Source: Paramecium tetraurelia (taxonomy: Eukaryota). Taken from it: a DNA stretch of 64,000 bases. The notes below the pieces were generated by a model, which was not told the origin of the DNA, searched no databases, and saw nothing but the letters and a program-made list of their open reading frames with translations. Within the stretch, counting starts at the first letter, position 1, and each line of letters opens with the position of its first letter. Position numbers and translations under genes: made by a program. The DNA lies in contig CT868668.1 in the NCBI GenBank assembly GCA_000165425.1, forward strand, positions 248,001-312,000, read 5' to 3'. Shown in pieces: positions 39,276-53,821 of this stretch.

Positions 39276-40773
39276 ATCACTCTCATAAAATGAGCCATTT
39301 ATTATATACCTCTTAAAAGCGCGAAAAAGTTCTTTAAAATAAAAAATAATTAGCCCACACCTCTTTTGAAGAATCAAGACTTTAACTTTATTTTCACTAA
39401 TCTCAAACAGACTTTATATATACTATTACTAATATAATCACTGCTATCAAGATTAAGAAGTATCTTCATTTAATAATATTTACATAACTTGACTCGTAAA
39501 GATAATCACTATCCTCTAAAATCAAATAATCTCAATTATAAAGTATTTTAATAATTAAGTAAGTGTTTAATAGACCTTCAATTATAAAAATTTAATAAAT
39601 TAAAATTTTCAAATAACAAAGAATCAACACAAACAAACCCCTCAAGTATTTCAAGTTGTATCATTTTCGATAGGGATGTTTCTATCTTGTATTACCTATT
39701 GAAAATATATTATTATTACTTTATGATAATCATTATTCAACAATATCTCCACTTTTTAACAGAATTAATAAAACACAGATGAGTTTAGTATTAAAATAGT
39801 GAGTATTAATAATAAATTTTAAATAATATTAGATCTGCATAATATTCTAGATAAGTATATTAGATAACTAATGAAAGAATTATAAGGTATATTATATAAC
39901 TATAAACGGACTTAATTAATTGATTAATTATTGATTACAATATTACAATTTAGTATAGTATTATGAACTTATGAGGGCTCAATATTATTTTTGTAACTCA
40001 TATATTCATAATTTTCATTTTTCAGAAGTAAAAAAATTATAAAATATATTTGACATTTTCTATCACATACAGTAAACTTATTATCTTCCTGAGCTTAAAA
40101 AATTTCTAGAACCATCGTACTTATGCAATTCCATATCTTTATATTGAAAGATTTAATAGTATCAAAGTGAAATTTATTGCTAAAACAATAGTACTTAGTT
40201 TCGAGAAGTAAAATATTTTCTGATACACAATCGAATTTGATAATTGTGATGTAGGAAAAGACCAGCGATCGTTAAGTTGTATTTTCTAAAATGTTGAATT
40301 GTGTTGTTTTTATAATTATTTAAATTCCTGTTTAATGTTGGCTGTCTAATATAATAATTTCATAATCTTTAAGCAATAAGCCTATGCTCTTAAACTATTA
40401 AGTATATTATTAAAACTTTTGAATAAATTAGAAATTCTTTCATTCCAACAAGATCATTCATATATAATAAACCCATTGTAATAATATCAATATATTTGAT
40501 GTTCTAATCCTTTGCCACTAAATTATCCGTAATATACTTTGAACAATCTAGGGCGTTATTCATAAATAACTAAAAGTTCTTATTTTAATAATTGAAATTT
40601 GATTTCGAATTGATAGATTCGAGAAATGGAGAATAACAGATTTGATACAAGAATTATCTAATATTTAATAATATTAAGCCTAATATATATTCATTGATGA
40701 GATAATTTTATTGTAATTTATTAGTGTATATATATATATAGGAATATATTTAGAGAATAAGATATTAATAAAA

Positions 40774-42169
40774 ATGTCATAGCTTCCATAAACTGGATAA
40801 CAATCAAAACCTTAATCAAATATGCCTTAACAAAATATTCCACAAGGTCAAAACCAATTTATTCCTCAATAAGGAATCCCAACCTAAGTTTTACCTTAGG
40901 GCTAACCCTAATATGTGGTTCCATCTTAAAATTTAGGAAGAGCACCAATAAGTGGATTTCCAACTCAATAGCTTCCATATTTGTAGCAACAAGGATTTTA
41001 ACCGTAACTCCCATCCTAGGTGATTGGATAAAATGGAGTTCCTTATTAGACAGGTCCCGTCTAATTAAGTTCATAATTAATGACTGAATAAGCGATAAAG
41101 GGTGAATCAAGAATAGAATATGTGCCTTTTGAGAGAGTAATCACTGAATATGAGGAAGTGAGAAGACAAGTTTAAGTGCCGGTAACGAGATAAATAACTG
41201 ATTATTATGCAGTCTAATATGAAGTTGAATATATTCCTTAAGTAATATAAGAGAAGTAAATTGGTAATATCTAATTCATAATAATTAGAATACGTACCTG
41301 TAGAAAGAATCTAAGAGAGAACCGAGTATTACACAGTGTAAAAATAAAATATTTTGCCTGTAAGAATATCAATCTTAAATTAAAGGCTTAACCAGCTTTG
41401 TAACCATAAACTCTGGCATAATCATAAACTATTCAAACTTAGAGAGTGCAATAGTAGATTGTGGTATGAATTCAATAATAAAACATAAGACTTAATAACC
41501 ATAATAATATTTGACAATAGCCTAATAACCCTAAGTTACAACCTATCAAGCTCCTCCAGTCCAAACAACAACAGTAATACCACAACCTCCAGTTTAACAA
41601 CCAATAACATCCACATTTATATAACCACCAATTACTACAACAATTTAAGCACCAACAGTAGTCTAAAATACCATCATGCCCTAAACTCAATATACTTCTG
41701 CATATGTTCAATAACCACCTGCAGTTGTAACAACTTAACTATAGTCCGTCCCTCAAACTATACAAACTACAAGTGTAGTTCCATAAACAATTTAGACTAC
41801 CAACGTTTTCCCATAGACAGCAAGTGTTATTCCATAGACAAGAACGTTGACTAAACCTCCAACAACAATTGTCTAACCTCAAGCATCAGTTCCTTTGGCC
41901 ACAACTACAGTTCTACCACCATAATTAGCTCAAACAACTACTGGAATACCATCTTCAATTTATAAAGACGCTCAGAGATTGCCAGTTTAAGGAAATTCAC
42001 TTTATAGAAAGACTTTACCACCTATTCAACCTGGGTAATTAGCTTAAACAGCTCCACCTCAGCAAGTAAAATATCAATTTATTTACAGATTCCAACTTAA
42101 CCATAATTGCCATAAAAGTAAGCTAAACCAGATAAGGATAAAACATTTTTGGAAAGGCTTTTCGAGTGA
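40774..42169 (+). CDS. Epiplasmin (cortical skeleton protein)
   Basis: Central domain KGESRIEYVPFERVITEYEEVRRQVQVPVTRQITDYYAVQYEVEYIPQV...EYVPVERIQERTEYY; Q/P/V-rich flanks; ends KTFLERLFE*. Confidence 0.9.
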
Positions 42170-42417
42170 ATTATAATAAAATTTAATATTAGCATAATTA
42201 GTCTAATATTCAATAAGATTTTATAGTTTCTTTAACTTTTTATTTAAATGATCTAATTGTCCACATGCATTAGTTAATTATTGTTTCCTGTTTGTCTCTA
42301 CTATAACATATTATAGAATTAATTTTAAGAATGGATACTAAAAAGAATCAATGATCAAAATTTTGAGTCAAATTGATTAATTAATTATTATATCTATGAT
42401 TATCTTATAAAATAAAA

Positions 42418-43096
42418 TCAATCGATGAGGTTTATAACACTCATTCCTTTATTAGTGTTTGATCTCCAAGCACTGTATTCTTGATCAGGCTCAGTTTTAA
42501 TTGTTTAAGTGTAGTATTTTAGATACTTATTTTACTGCTATGATTCACAATTTTCTATTCTTTCTAACGACTTTAAAACACATCTATTATTTTTTTTCTT
42601 AAACCTCTGCATTCTCTCCAAAGTTATTTAATGTTTCTCAAAATCTTAATTCATAGATTTTAGATTGATTTGGGGCTCACTTTATATACTTCCTAATTAC
42701 ATACATCGACTATATTCGTTCTCTCAATCGAGAATTTTGTTTTGACACTTCCCGATCAAATTGCAGCTAAAACTACTTCCTAGTACTAAATAGTTTTAGG
42801 TCATTTAAATGTAATTTTGGCTCAGTGTTCTGAATCGATCTTATCCTTTGAGAGATTAAGCTATTTTTTGCTTATATTTGTTGATCTTGAATTTAATGAT
42901 TTCTCTTCCGCATCCGTTGTTAAAACCCGGTTATCTGATTAATTAACTTAGAATAATCCAAGTCATTATAGCTTGAACCTCTCACTTAGGCGATCCTTCT
43001 TTAGTGGCTTTTGAACTACACCCTTTATTCAAAGACTTAATGAAATGACAAATAATCTCTTTTAATCATATTAATAAGGGTTCTAAACTATTTCAT
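42418..43096 (-). CDS. CFAP97/hemingway-domain-like protein
   Basis: KNSLISQRIRSI...REVSKQNSRLRERIQSM...PQINLKSMNQDFEKH, resembling the CFAP97 pattern; start uncertain. Confidence 0.55.
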
Positions 43097-43697
43097 GATT
43101 GCTATCACATTAAACTTCGAAATTCATATCTTATCCCATTAAACTTGATTATATACAGAAAAATTAAGATAAGAGAAGTCTGTTCTTCAATTATCCAATC
43201 GATTTACCAAAAAGATATTTTAAAAATTGTGAAGATTTCAAGAATCTTGATAATAACATTAAAATGAATATATCGATGTTATTGCATTACTAAATTATAG
43301 TGGTTCTCTAATAATAGATTGAATTATTATGATAATTATCATTTTTCTTTAGTGTCAATGTTAAGAACATATTTTATAAGGAATATTATGATTAGTTAAG
43401 ACTTAAAATAAGATACTGGAATCTAAATCACATTAAATCCTTATGAAGAGAGATTTGATTGGATTTCATAAAATTAGAAAATAAATTTAAACTGTTTTGA
43501 TACAATCACAAACTAGGAATAGGAATTCTTAATTAGCTGATATCTCTTCTACTTTCAATAATATAGGGATTTAATGTGCATAATTTGGTTATTTAGATAA
43601 AGTTATCTAAAGTTCCATTGTTAGATTTATATATACTATATTAATGATTGGATAATTGTTGTACATATACACAGAAACAAATTTATATGTATAATGA

Positions 43698-44364
43698 TCA
43701 TTGAAATGAGGGTGGTTACAACTCAAGAACTTAAAAAAAGTTCATAAAATGTATTTGTTATGTAGAATTTAGTGAATAATACAATTCGCTAAAATCTCTG
43801 GCATCGACAAAATTATGTCTTACCCATTTCTTGAGATAGCAAATGGTTTTGAGTTTGTCTTACATTTTGTCAATATCCTTCTTCAATTTATGAGTTAAGG
43901 CTCTTTTATATTTTTCACAGAGTTCTTGATTGTAATTTGTCATAACCTTAGGCTTGATTACCTAGTGTTTTCTATTGTGATTTTCTTTATTTAGAACCTT
44001 TTCAAACGGAACTCGAACTTTTTCTCCACCACTGATCAATTAATTTAACAAATGCATATTCTCAGTAATGAATTAATCTAATCCATCTTATAATAAGATA
44101 TGTCTTTTCCTGAAAAGAATATAAATTAAAATACTTGCAACCAACTTGTGTACAATGGCCTAAGAAATTGTAGATGGCACAAACGTAAGAAAAAGAACTT
44201 AAGTCTTCTTATTATGATTTACGCACTCTCTCATCACCATTTGTATCACTCTAAATGTTTAAATAAGAATTTACAAGAGAACGCAAAGAGGATTCACTAT
44301 TTATGCGTTCTAATTTATCACTTTTCTGGGTCATGATTTCTCCCTCCTCGTATTAAGAGTCCAT
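43698..44364 (-). CDS. CCCH-type zinc finger protein
   Basis: MDSQYEEGEIMTQK...VCAIYNFLGHCTQVGC, intron, ...KRH (C-x8-C-x4-C-x3-H). Confidence 0.65.
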
Positions 44365-44860
44365 AAAATGTATATTAATTTTTAATCATAAGAACCAAAT
44401 AAAAACCTTTAAAGAATGTTCGAAATATATAATATATAATTTGATATATATTAACAAAGACTATAAGTACATAAATAATCAAATGAGAGATTATGCCTTT
44501 GCGCTTAATGAAGGATGTTCCAGATTAGAACACTTGTAAACGAAATAGTGTAATCTTTACATTGCTTGAATATTAATTCAATCATTGATCACAATAGTTC
44601 CATTTGCTTTTTATAAAAATCATTCCTGAAAGGAACAATAATGAATGTAGCATAATAGTTTCTTTATTTAAGATTTCTTTGATTAATTTTAAGTGGTCAC
44701 TTTTATTTTAATTCATAATCTTTTCAGTTTCAATCAATAAACTAGATTGTTATTAGATTTTTACAGCTGAAATAGCTTGTAATTATTTAGTTAACGCTTT
44801 CATTTATGTGATATATCTGAAACAAAACTTTTACTTTTTTCAAATGTAATATTATATTAA

Positions 44861-45697
44861 TCATTTTTTAACATTAGCACCTGTAAGGAATTTCTCTAAT
44901 TCTTCTTTGTACACTTTGTTTGCATTTTTTAAGAAATTGACTTGATCTCTATGTTTAGCTTCTTCATGTTCTTATTGTTCTTAATCTTATCTTTGCATAT
45001 CTTCTATAGTGCTCTCTATTTTCTCCACCTGTTTTGATAAATCTTGACATTCAGTTTCTAATTACTTTATTTTATTGTTATAATCAGTCTAATCATTTTA
45101 TTATAATTTTACTTTTCTTTGTTCTGCTTGTAAAGCTTTTCTCATTCCAAAAGCAATAGAACTCTCATACAAAGTTTAATAAGCTTGAATTGTCTGTCTA
45201 ATTTCATCCCTGACCCTAACTAAGAGAAGTCCCCTTTCAGCACAATTTATTGTAATCTAATTGTAACTTACATATAATACTTGTCTTATAAGTTCATCAA
45301 AACATTAAGCATATAATTCCTCTCGAATAGGACATATACCAGTTTCTCTGGCTTATCTTTATTGCAATTTTTTATCTAAATTTTCTTAAAGCAGAATAAC
45401 ATCTTCCTATTTTGAATATAAAATAGAATTACTCTTTTCGCTGGAGTGGAAGAAACACATTGAATCCATAATTATTATTTCTCCATTGTGTATTCCTAAT
45501 TTAGTACATAAAATAGATACTCTTGGAGGAAGAATTGAATTCAATATGTCTTCTGTTTATGCATTAGTAATTGACTAAGGAGCAGCATCTCTACCTTTCT
45601 TTTTATCTTTGATGGGCTTTCCAGATGTAGACACCAAAGTGGCACTGGCATATTTGACCAAGGAATTAGGTGCAGGGATATTTGGTTTGTCTGACAT
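44861..45697 (-). CDS. DNALI1: Axonemal dynein light chain p28
   Basis: SLVKY...TEDILNSILPPREY...WIQCVSSTPAKREDV...RQARETGICPIREELYAQCFDELIRQITINCAERGLLLVRVRDE...YESSIAFGMRKALQAE; four introns. Confidence 0.96.
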
Positions 45698-45767
45698 TAA
45701 AATAATATAATTAATAAAGTTAAGCATTGGGAAGTGGGAATATATATTCTTAAGATATTTATGTTTA

Positions 45768-47310
45768 TCAATTCAAAAATGCAACAATGCAAGTGATATC
45801 ATCTATAACTTCATCCTCCTTTTTCCATGCCTCTGTGGCTTCATGGACCAATCTTTCAACAGCTCCTTCAGCATCGTTTTTCAAATAATACCCATAGACA
45901 ACTTCAACAATCCATTTGTTATCGAGAAACCTTGAATATAAATGATAGGATACTCCCAAATTCCATCTGATGCCATGATTAAGAATTTGTCATTTTAAAA
46001 TGTGTGTTTAATTATTTCTGGAATTGAGATTACACCCACTTAAGCAGCCACATAATCTCCAAAACTTCGAGACATTGCCAATCCTGGAATATTTTCATCT
46101 AACAACCAAACTCTAGCTGGACCGATTGGATTTCCTTCTTCATCTGAATACGCTTGCACTCTTCCTCCATTTTATATGATTCTTTTCTCCTCCTTTGGTA
46201 AATCAGGTTTTTAATCATGAGACAATTCAACTACATGTAATCCATCCTTCTATCTTCCCAAAATAGCTCTTGAATCTCCAATATTAGCACACCATCCCAC
46301 ATGTTCAATAATCAACAAACAAACAGTTGTGGCTCCACTAAAAGTGATGTCTATTCCTGAAGTGTATAATTCCTTTGTTGTTCTTTCAAATGCTTATCTC
46401 AAGATCACTTATATCATCATATCCTAATCATTCTTCCCAATTTTATGAGATTTTAATAACTAATCAATAATAATCGGCAATCGTTCTTAAACAAATTAAG
46501 CAACTTCATGACCATTCACACCATGGCCATCTGACACTTATATGAGATATGAGTTATCTATGTTTCCTATTCCTTCATGAATTGCATAAGAATCCTAGTT
46601 TACTTTCTCCTACTTTGTATGCAACATACCAGCTTGAGTTCTATAATTATTCCTATGACAATTTACTTCACTGCATATTTTGATATCAATCTTCGATCGG
46701 TTACGATTATATCCGGATTGGATATCGATCTATAACCCTTTATTTTCTTGGCTGATTATTTCTTTATGTATTCTATCAACTTATTGGCAATATCGCTTGT
46801 AGGCTTCAAATCGCCATTGCTCATAGCTCTGTTATGTATTTAGGGTGGCGATTTGTGAGTTTATTGATGTTGCTTTTGTAGATCCAATAATTTCTGATAT
46901 TGCTTTTGAATTAGATCATCATGATATTTAAGATTGCTATCAGGTTTCTTACTTTTAACTAAATGCTGGATTTATTGTCTTGAATTAGGTCTAATTTTTT
47001 TTAAATTCGCCTCATTTATGTCAAGAAATTATTTGCTGCGAGAATTCTATTTTCTATCCAATTATTGACTATTATGGTGACCATTCCCTCCATTCTTTAT
47101 CAAAGATATTAAATCATGTGAAAACGCTGTTGATTTTGAGACTTTATTATCGGTTTTAGCTAGCGATGAAACCCCTGATTAAACCAAATACCTTTATTTC
47201 AACTATTTTTCTTACTTATTCTTCTTTATAGGTGACTGACCTGCCTTCTAAGGAGTAGTCTATGGCCTGTTCATTGTCAACTTTTATTAACTGGCAGAAT
47301 TAATCTTCAT
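45768..47310 (-). CDS. Protein phosphatase 2C with long N-terminal low-complexity region
   Basis: NQDSY, VSDGHGVNGH, SGATT, ANIGDSRAIL, SHDQKPD, PGLAMSRSFGD, ASDGIWE, DDIT. Confidence 0.95.
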
Positions 47311-48802
47311 TAATATATATATTAACAACTGTTAGTTAGAAATAATCTTAACAAAATTTATAATGTATCATACTCATCTAATCTCATTTGCCAATTCGAT
47401 ATCTTATTTAATTTCAAAATAGTGCTTTCTTCAGTTTATTTCTTTTATTTCACCTATTCATCCACTATATCCTAAATCAAGTCCATCATATCCACTGTTA
47501 TTGTTGAGGTTATAAACTAACATAGGGAATATTAGTAATTTCAATTTATTGAATGAAACAACCTCTTTAAATGAGAGTTAAAATTTCAAATTGGAATATT
47601 ACCATAGTTGCTACTCTATGAATAATATTGGATATGATAGTATTTTGTCAAATATGAAATTAATGACCCATAATATTGAAGTACATCAGGTATAATTAAA
47701 TCTAAATCTTTGGGTCTAACTTAATTAACCTATTAGTAATAAATTTTGATTGCATTAATAAGTTGCTACCAAATTATGACTATTAAAGTAGGGATTAAAC
47801 AAACATAAATTATTTTTCGAATTTAAGAGGAAACCCATTATAAATTATATTTAAAGTACAAGAAACTTGAATTATTATTAATTTAATAATCATCATTCAT
47901 TTTACTAATTTTTATCAACAAAAAATTAATTTAAAACAGTTATTGTTTTTGTTAAAATCTGTTAAGAAACACAAGATCTTTAAAAATAGTTTATGCAACT
48001 TTTATTTTCGTTAAAATGCAGTTATATAATAATGATGATAATTTCATTAAAAATGCTAAATAATCTAATGTAGAATACACTTTAAGTTATTTAATAGATT
48101 CCATGAATTTATTATCCTAGTCTATAACAATATTGATTTCTTTACTTAACTCATCCAAATTATGAATACAATAGTTGCATAAAATATATACTCATTAAGT
48201 TTGCATACTGTAAGTAAAGGCAGAATTATTAAACTTAATAACCCATAGCTCATGATTTAACCTTATCACAATAATTATTGTTTCTCTTATAGGTTATCGA
48301 TAAAAAAGTTTAATCAATTTACTCATAGGATTTTCATTTCTTTCTTATTTGTTATACTCTAAATAAAATTTTAGGAGTGACTGCCATTATTTCCCTAATA
48401 TTATTTGGCATCCAAAAGTTTTAATCACCAAGAGGAATGAGATTCAGATAAATCATCAATAAGACATTTTTCATCGCAAATAATAGCGAGGGAGTAAAAT
48501 CATTTTTGAAGGACCAATATGAAATTAATTAAATTTATGTAAAAAAAGAATTAAGTAAAGCATTACTAAAAATCTTACTACTTTTATGGTTTTATTCATA
48601 GTTTTACCAAAATTAATTATGGATGTCAATTAGGAATACCCAGTTATAATATTTATTAATATCTAGAAAGTTTTCAAATAAAATATTTTAATAGGAGATT
48701 AATTATTTTTAAGGAAACGTTGATTAACTTACATTCTTTAATTTTTCTAAAACCAAGAATTATACATTAAATAAATTTTATAAATAAAATTACTTAACAA
48801 TA

Positions 48803-49481
48803 ATGTCCGAATCAAGAGCGTAAGTAATACTTAAATGATAAAATTAGTTTTGCTAATGCTATGGCAGCATTACAAAAAAAGTCCGCAATACTGGAAGAAG
48901 AAAACAAAATTTTACACAGTCAATTAAAAAGTTGTCAATATGAATTGCAAAAATTGGTGGAAGAATTATCAAATAAGGAAGGCATATTTGAGACATTAGA
49001 GAAAAGACTAAAAATCACAGTATCTCAATTAGAAGAAGAGTTATATAAGAAGGATGAAGAGATTTTATAAAAAGATGCTTAAATCGAAAGTTTGTCTTAA
49101 GAATTACATCAATCTTTAATAGATTAAAGCAGAATCATGGATTAACAATTAAGTGATAGATAATAATTAAGTGAATAATAGGAATAAATTCAAAAATTAA
49201 AATAAGTCATTCATAAACTTAAAGAACCAAGGAAGGATGATCTTAGATTCACATAAAGCGAGAAGAAAACCAGTTTTGTTTCTAAGTTAGATAATGCAGT
49301 TGAACAATATTTTAATAATGAAAATCAAGGATATGAACAATTGATTAGGAGAATATCTAAATTGGAGAAGGAAATAAAGGATATGGAAAATGAATAGAGT
49401 AATAAAATACTCTTGGATTAGAAAATATAATTACTAAAGGAATTACAGGAGTAGGAAGAATCACTTTTACAATATATTTGA
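48803..49481 (+). CDS. Coiled-coil protein with Cep57-like N-terminus
   Basis: MSESRA, intron, FANAMAALQKKSAILEEENK, resembling the Cep57 centrosome-localisation motif; heptads follow. Confidence 0.65.
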
Positions 49482-49501
49482 ACTTAATTAAAAATAAAAA
49501 A

Positions 49502-49876
49502 TCATCCACTTGTATATTTGGTCACTGCTTTGGTTCCTTCTGAGATGGCATGTCTGGCCAATTCTCCTGGGAGTAACAATTTGACGGCAGTTTAGATTTC
49601 CCTTGAACTGAGGGTTCTTCTCTTGTTGAATCTGACTAATTTGCTGGCTTCAAGAGCAATTCTGTCGAAAATATCGTTGATGAATGAATTCATGATGTTC
49701 ATAGCCTTTCTGGAAACACCGATTTCTGGGTGAACTTATCTCAAGACTTTGTAGATATATAAAGCAAAGGTTTCTTATCTTCTTCTTGCCTTCTTCTTGT
49801 CATCTGTGGATTTTTTGGTTTTAACAGTCTTAACTGTTTTCTTTGCTTCTGCTTTTGGTGATTTTGTTGGTCCCAT
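49502..49876 (-). CDS. H2B: Histone H2B
   Basis: [50 protein letters not shown]...[35 protein letters not shown]. Confidence 0.98.
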
Positions 49877-49937
49877 TTTAATTAATATTTTAAACTGAAA
49901 ACCCAAGCGCTATTTTTAAAGAAAATTCTTAAATCTG

Positions 49938-49979
49938 ATTGGCTGATTAAGGATAATTGTGTATCTAACTTTTCATTGG
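49938..49979 (-). promoter_or_regulatory. Two CCAAT boxes upstream of histone H2B
   Basis: ATTGG at 49938-49942 and 49975-49979 (CCAAT on the gene strand), about 60-100 bp upstream of the ATG; CCAAT boxes are common in histone promoters. Confidence 0.45.
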
Positions 49980-50179
49980 TTGTTCTACGTAAAAAATGGC
50001 TAAAATGCTTCCAAAATAGTGCAGCACAATGGAATACACTTCATTTTTCATCAATTTTAGCACTTTCATCTCTCCATTAGCCTTTATTAATAAAATAAAG
50101 AACTTAATTAATATTAAATTTTATAATAATACACCCCCTCTATCTCTACTCATTTAATATAAAATGAATAATAATTTAT

Positions 50180-50543
50180 ATGTCTAACGAATATGAATCA
50201 AAAATCTTGTTTGCTATTTATCGTCTATATAAGTCTGAATAAATTAATGAAGACCAAAGAGGAGAACTAAAAGGTAATTTATGAATAACCCCTTTAAGAT
50301 CTCCTAATAACAAAGAATAATCAAATTATGAGTCTTGCAGAACCATACGAAGAAGCATTATTAGCAATATTTGAAAACCATTCCGATGCAACATCGTAAT
50401 GCAGTTAAAAATCATACAAAAATTTGAGACCATCCAAACTGAATATAAGGCCTGCTTATAGAAAGTCCTTGCAAGACATCTCTTAGAACATCAATCACCA
50501 GAGCCTGTCAACCATGTTCAAGAAGAAAAAAATTGTTAATTGA
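50180..50543 (+). CDS. Small hypothetical protein
   Basis: MSNEYESKILFAIYRLYKSEQINEDQRGELK, intron, DLLITKNNQIMSL...KKKKIVN*. Confidence 0.65.
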
Positions 50544-51051
50544 TTTACTTATTTAGACACTTATTATATAATTGTAATCAGGAATATTATGAAAATTATT
50601 TTTTTTTCTCCGTAACCACAAAAGAAAACAAAAGAATTTGGTTTAAAAGATAAATTTGATTTACAAAGTAGAGATAGATTTAATTATACAAAATGTATTT
50701 TGATTTGTGAAATATTCTAAAGAATTAATCTAACTTTCAAATCAATAGTTGTTAATAATAGGTTTAATTAATTATCACTAACAAACCTAACCTTTTCAAG
50801 TTATGAACTATATATTCATATTCATCAATAAGATTTTGTTCACACATCAATATAATTAGAATCTTGATTAAAATACTATTAGAAATTGATAAATTAAATA
50901 TTCATAAGATGAGCTCAAAAATATCGATTATATAATATATGAGGAGAGCATGACCCCAACTCTAGAATATATTGTTTCCATTAAGTTGGTTATGGTTATA
51001 ATTTGATTCAAATGCATTATATAAAATAACTAAAGAAAATTAATTGATATT

Positions 51052-51644
51052 ATGTGGAACCTTATTTCAATTAATCCAATCTGTTAAAGAAAGAAAATCG
51101 TGAATGATCAAGAAAAATTACTTTCTAAATTAACGAATACTAGGAGCAGAATAGACACATCTGCACCTTGGAGACCATCTCATTCACTTTCAAAATGGAA
51201 TAACAAATATGCTCACGGTATTAACTTCAGTTAATTGAACCTTAGCTGAGGAGAATAAGATAGTTTATGAAAATAATATATTGTTAAATAAGATGGTGAA
51301 TATTTAGAAGTAAGGAAATAAAAATATTTCATCTATGCCGCAAATACCTAAGTCACAGTAAATAACAAAGAGAGTAGAAAAAGAAAAACTGTAAATGGAG
51401 AATTTAGTATTATCTGATAATATTGAAGTAACTACTGGACAGATTGCAGACTGCTCAAGCTACATACAATAAACAGTTTTGGGTGCCAGATGATTAGAAG
51501 AATCAAGCCTACAAATAATTGCATAGACCGAGTGAGATTTTAATTTATATATTAGAAATACAGCAGCATGATTATAATGAATTAGCAAGAAAGCAATTAG
51601 GATCAAGATCAGCTGCAAGATTTAATGAATAACAAGATTCATGA
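51052..51644 (+). CDS. CFAP97D/hemingway-like protein
   Basis: KLTNTRSRIDTSAPW...EENKIVYENNILLNKMVNI...KLQMENLQLLDRLQTAQATYN. Confidence 0.75.
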
Positions 51645-53644
51645 TAATGGATGTCTATATTTAATTTTCCATTCCTTCATATATTTTTTATTGCTTATTT
51701 TCAGTTTCATATCTTCGTCTTGTATCTAGTTAATATCAATCAATTATTATAGAAAGTTTTGCCCTATAAATACCCAGGCAATCAGTTCTATCCCAAACAA
51801 GTACATCATCAGATAATTTGATTAGAAGTAGCAACCAATAACTTTGACAACCAGCCAGAGTCCCAAAGTAAAGCAACTTAATTATAGAAGGCTGTAGAGA
51901 TATTTACCATTACTGACCATTTCCTATTTAGAAACCATCAACATGAAAAAATCTCCAATGTATCTGAATCCAAAGAACCATAAACCAGCAATCAAAATGA
52001 AAGGTGAGGTTGTGTTGAAGATGCATATGATTGTTAAATTAAGAAGCATCTGAGCTGATATATATCCATATTACACACAGAACTCGTTTGTCTTCTAATA
52101 GTGTTAGGCATCGTTTTCGTATAATCTCATGTAATAGGCCATGTATGAACTTAAGTAATTGAAGTAGAGTTCTGATGGTCTAATCAATTCCACTAAAAAT
52201 GCACCAGTTCCAGAATAAAACAAAAATGTTATATAATATAACTAAAGTAGACTCTAACATAAATTATTACCCCATAATTAGTTTAATTATCGAATGCTTT
52301 CTACAATTAAATATTAAATCCGTTATATGTGATATTAAACAGTGTCTCCGATGACTGCAATAAAAAGGCTGGAATTACCAAGACATTTAGAATCAAATAA
52401 AAAAACATTTTGTGGAAGAAGGAAATATGATATTATGACCATCGTTCATGTTTTTCTGCCTAAGCTAAAGAGATAATCACGATATTATTACTTATGACAT
52501 CTAACAAATAGAGGATGATTTGGTTGATTGAAATTAAAATTATTGGAGGAATATTATTTTTAATTATTCTCCCAAAGGGCTCTGGTATTAAAATAGTCCA
52601 TTTAAAAGAGAGGAATTCCAAACCAGGAAATTTAGATAAATACTAATATAATGCTTAAGGGGATGTCACAAATATAAGTAGAGTCATTATTAATAAATTA
52701 AGAATAATCGTTCTCCAAATTCTAATTTGATTACTTTCAATAGTAAAATTGACCCAATTTATATCATATAAATCAGGTGCCAATTGTATCTAATATTGAG
52801 TTAAAGCATTTTGATTGCATAATTTTAATTACGTCTACAGTCTATCGACACAGATAAAACAATGTCCTGATAACTTAAATGGCTTTTACAATTGTTGATC
52901 AACCTATTCTTCTATAAGTGATAGATTTGGCAAAGGGTAAAATAATGGTTTCTACAATTCCAAAATTCCCAATTGATATTTAAATAAAGATCTATTTTTC
53001 TCCAATTCTAATAGTTTTGAGTACTCAGGAATAATTGAAATTCCCATTATTGTTCCAAGATCACCCACATCATTTAAATACTTTAATATTTCTAACATCA
53101 TCATCACTCCATCGTAGTCATCGTAATCCATTCCCCTTATATGCAGTGTCCTTATGGTATAATTAGTGAATTAATCTGTTGTGAACATTTGAATGTAAAT
53201 AATTTGCAGTTCTTTTCTCAGTTATATCAATATTGCAAATATTACCAAGAGTAACATCGAGCTTATGATGAAATCTTAGTTTGGTAAAATATTCAATTAG
53301 ACAAATAGTTTTTAATAGTCATTTAAATAGTTCCACGATATTTTACATATCCCCATAATAAGATAATAAAAGATGGTATAATAGCTGAGACCAACGAATA
53401 ATTTCTATTCAAATAATAACAAGGTCAATCCATCAAAACCACATTAACTTATTATTAAATTTATATTTGCTGTTTGAATTATGTTATAAGCATCGCTTAA
53501 TGATTTTATTTAAAATTCTTCAATAAATATTGGATATTATAGCCATATGACTTTCCACAAGAAGATCGTTATAGCTATTAAGGTAATGTTGATAAAAATG
53601 GATGATCCCAAAAGTAAATAGTAATCTGATTATTCATATTCCAT
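51639..53644 (-). CDS. OSCA/TMEM63 (CSC1-like) channel
   Basis: N-terminal TM; CGFDGLTLLLF; APDLYDINWVNF; multiple C-terminal TM helices; ends KYRHPLS*. Confidence 0.85.
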
Positions 53645-53821
53645 TTCAAATTTAATTTATAATTATTCTTTTTCTCATTTGGAAATAATCTAATCTCATC
53701 TGAATTTATTATCCTTATATTGAGCGCAATTTAACCTATATCTTTGCATATCTTTCGACAGAAAATAAGTATATCGTTTTTTATCTTCATTATTAATATT
53801 AAACTCCAAAATATCAATAAA

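Noticed and set aside
39300..40770. Long AT-rich intergenic gap, checked for RNA genes, telomere repeats, retained IES or transposon ends
   Set aside because: No tRNA cloverleaf, G4T2/G3T3 repeats, inverted repeats or convincing TA-bounded element seen.
41380..41960. CAA/TAA/CCA-rich quasi-repeats
   Set aside because: Explained by the Gln/Pro/Thr-rich epiplasmin coding sequence; not a DNA repeat array or CRISPR.
47363..48510. Long coding-like + strand stretch between PP2C and the Cep57-like gene
   Set aside because: Repeated TGAs and frame changes and no recognisable family; at most a degenerate pseudogene.
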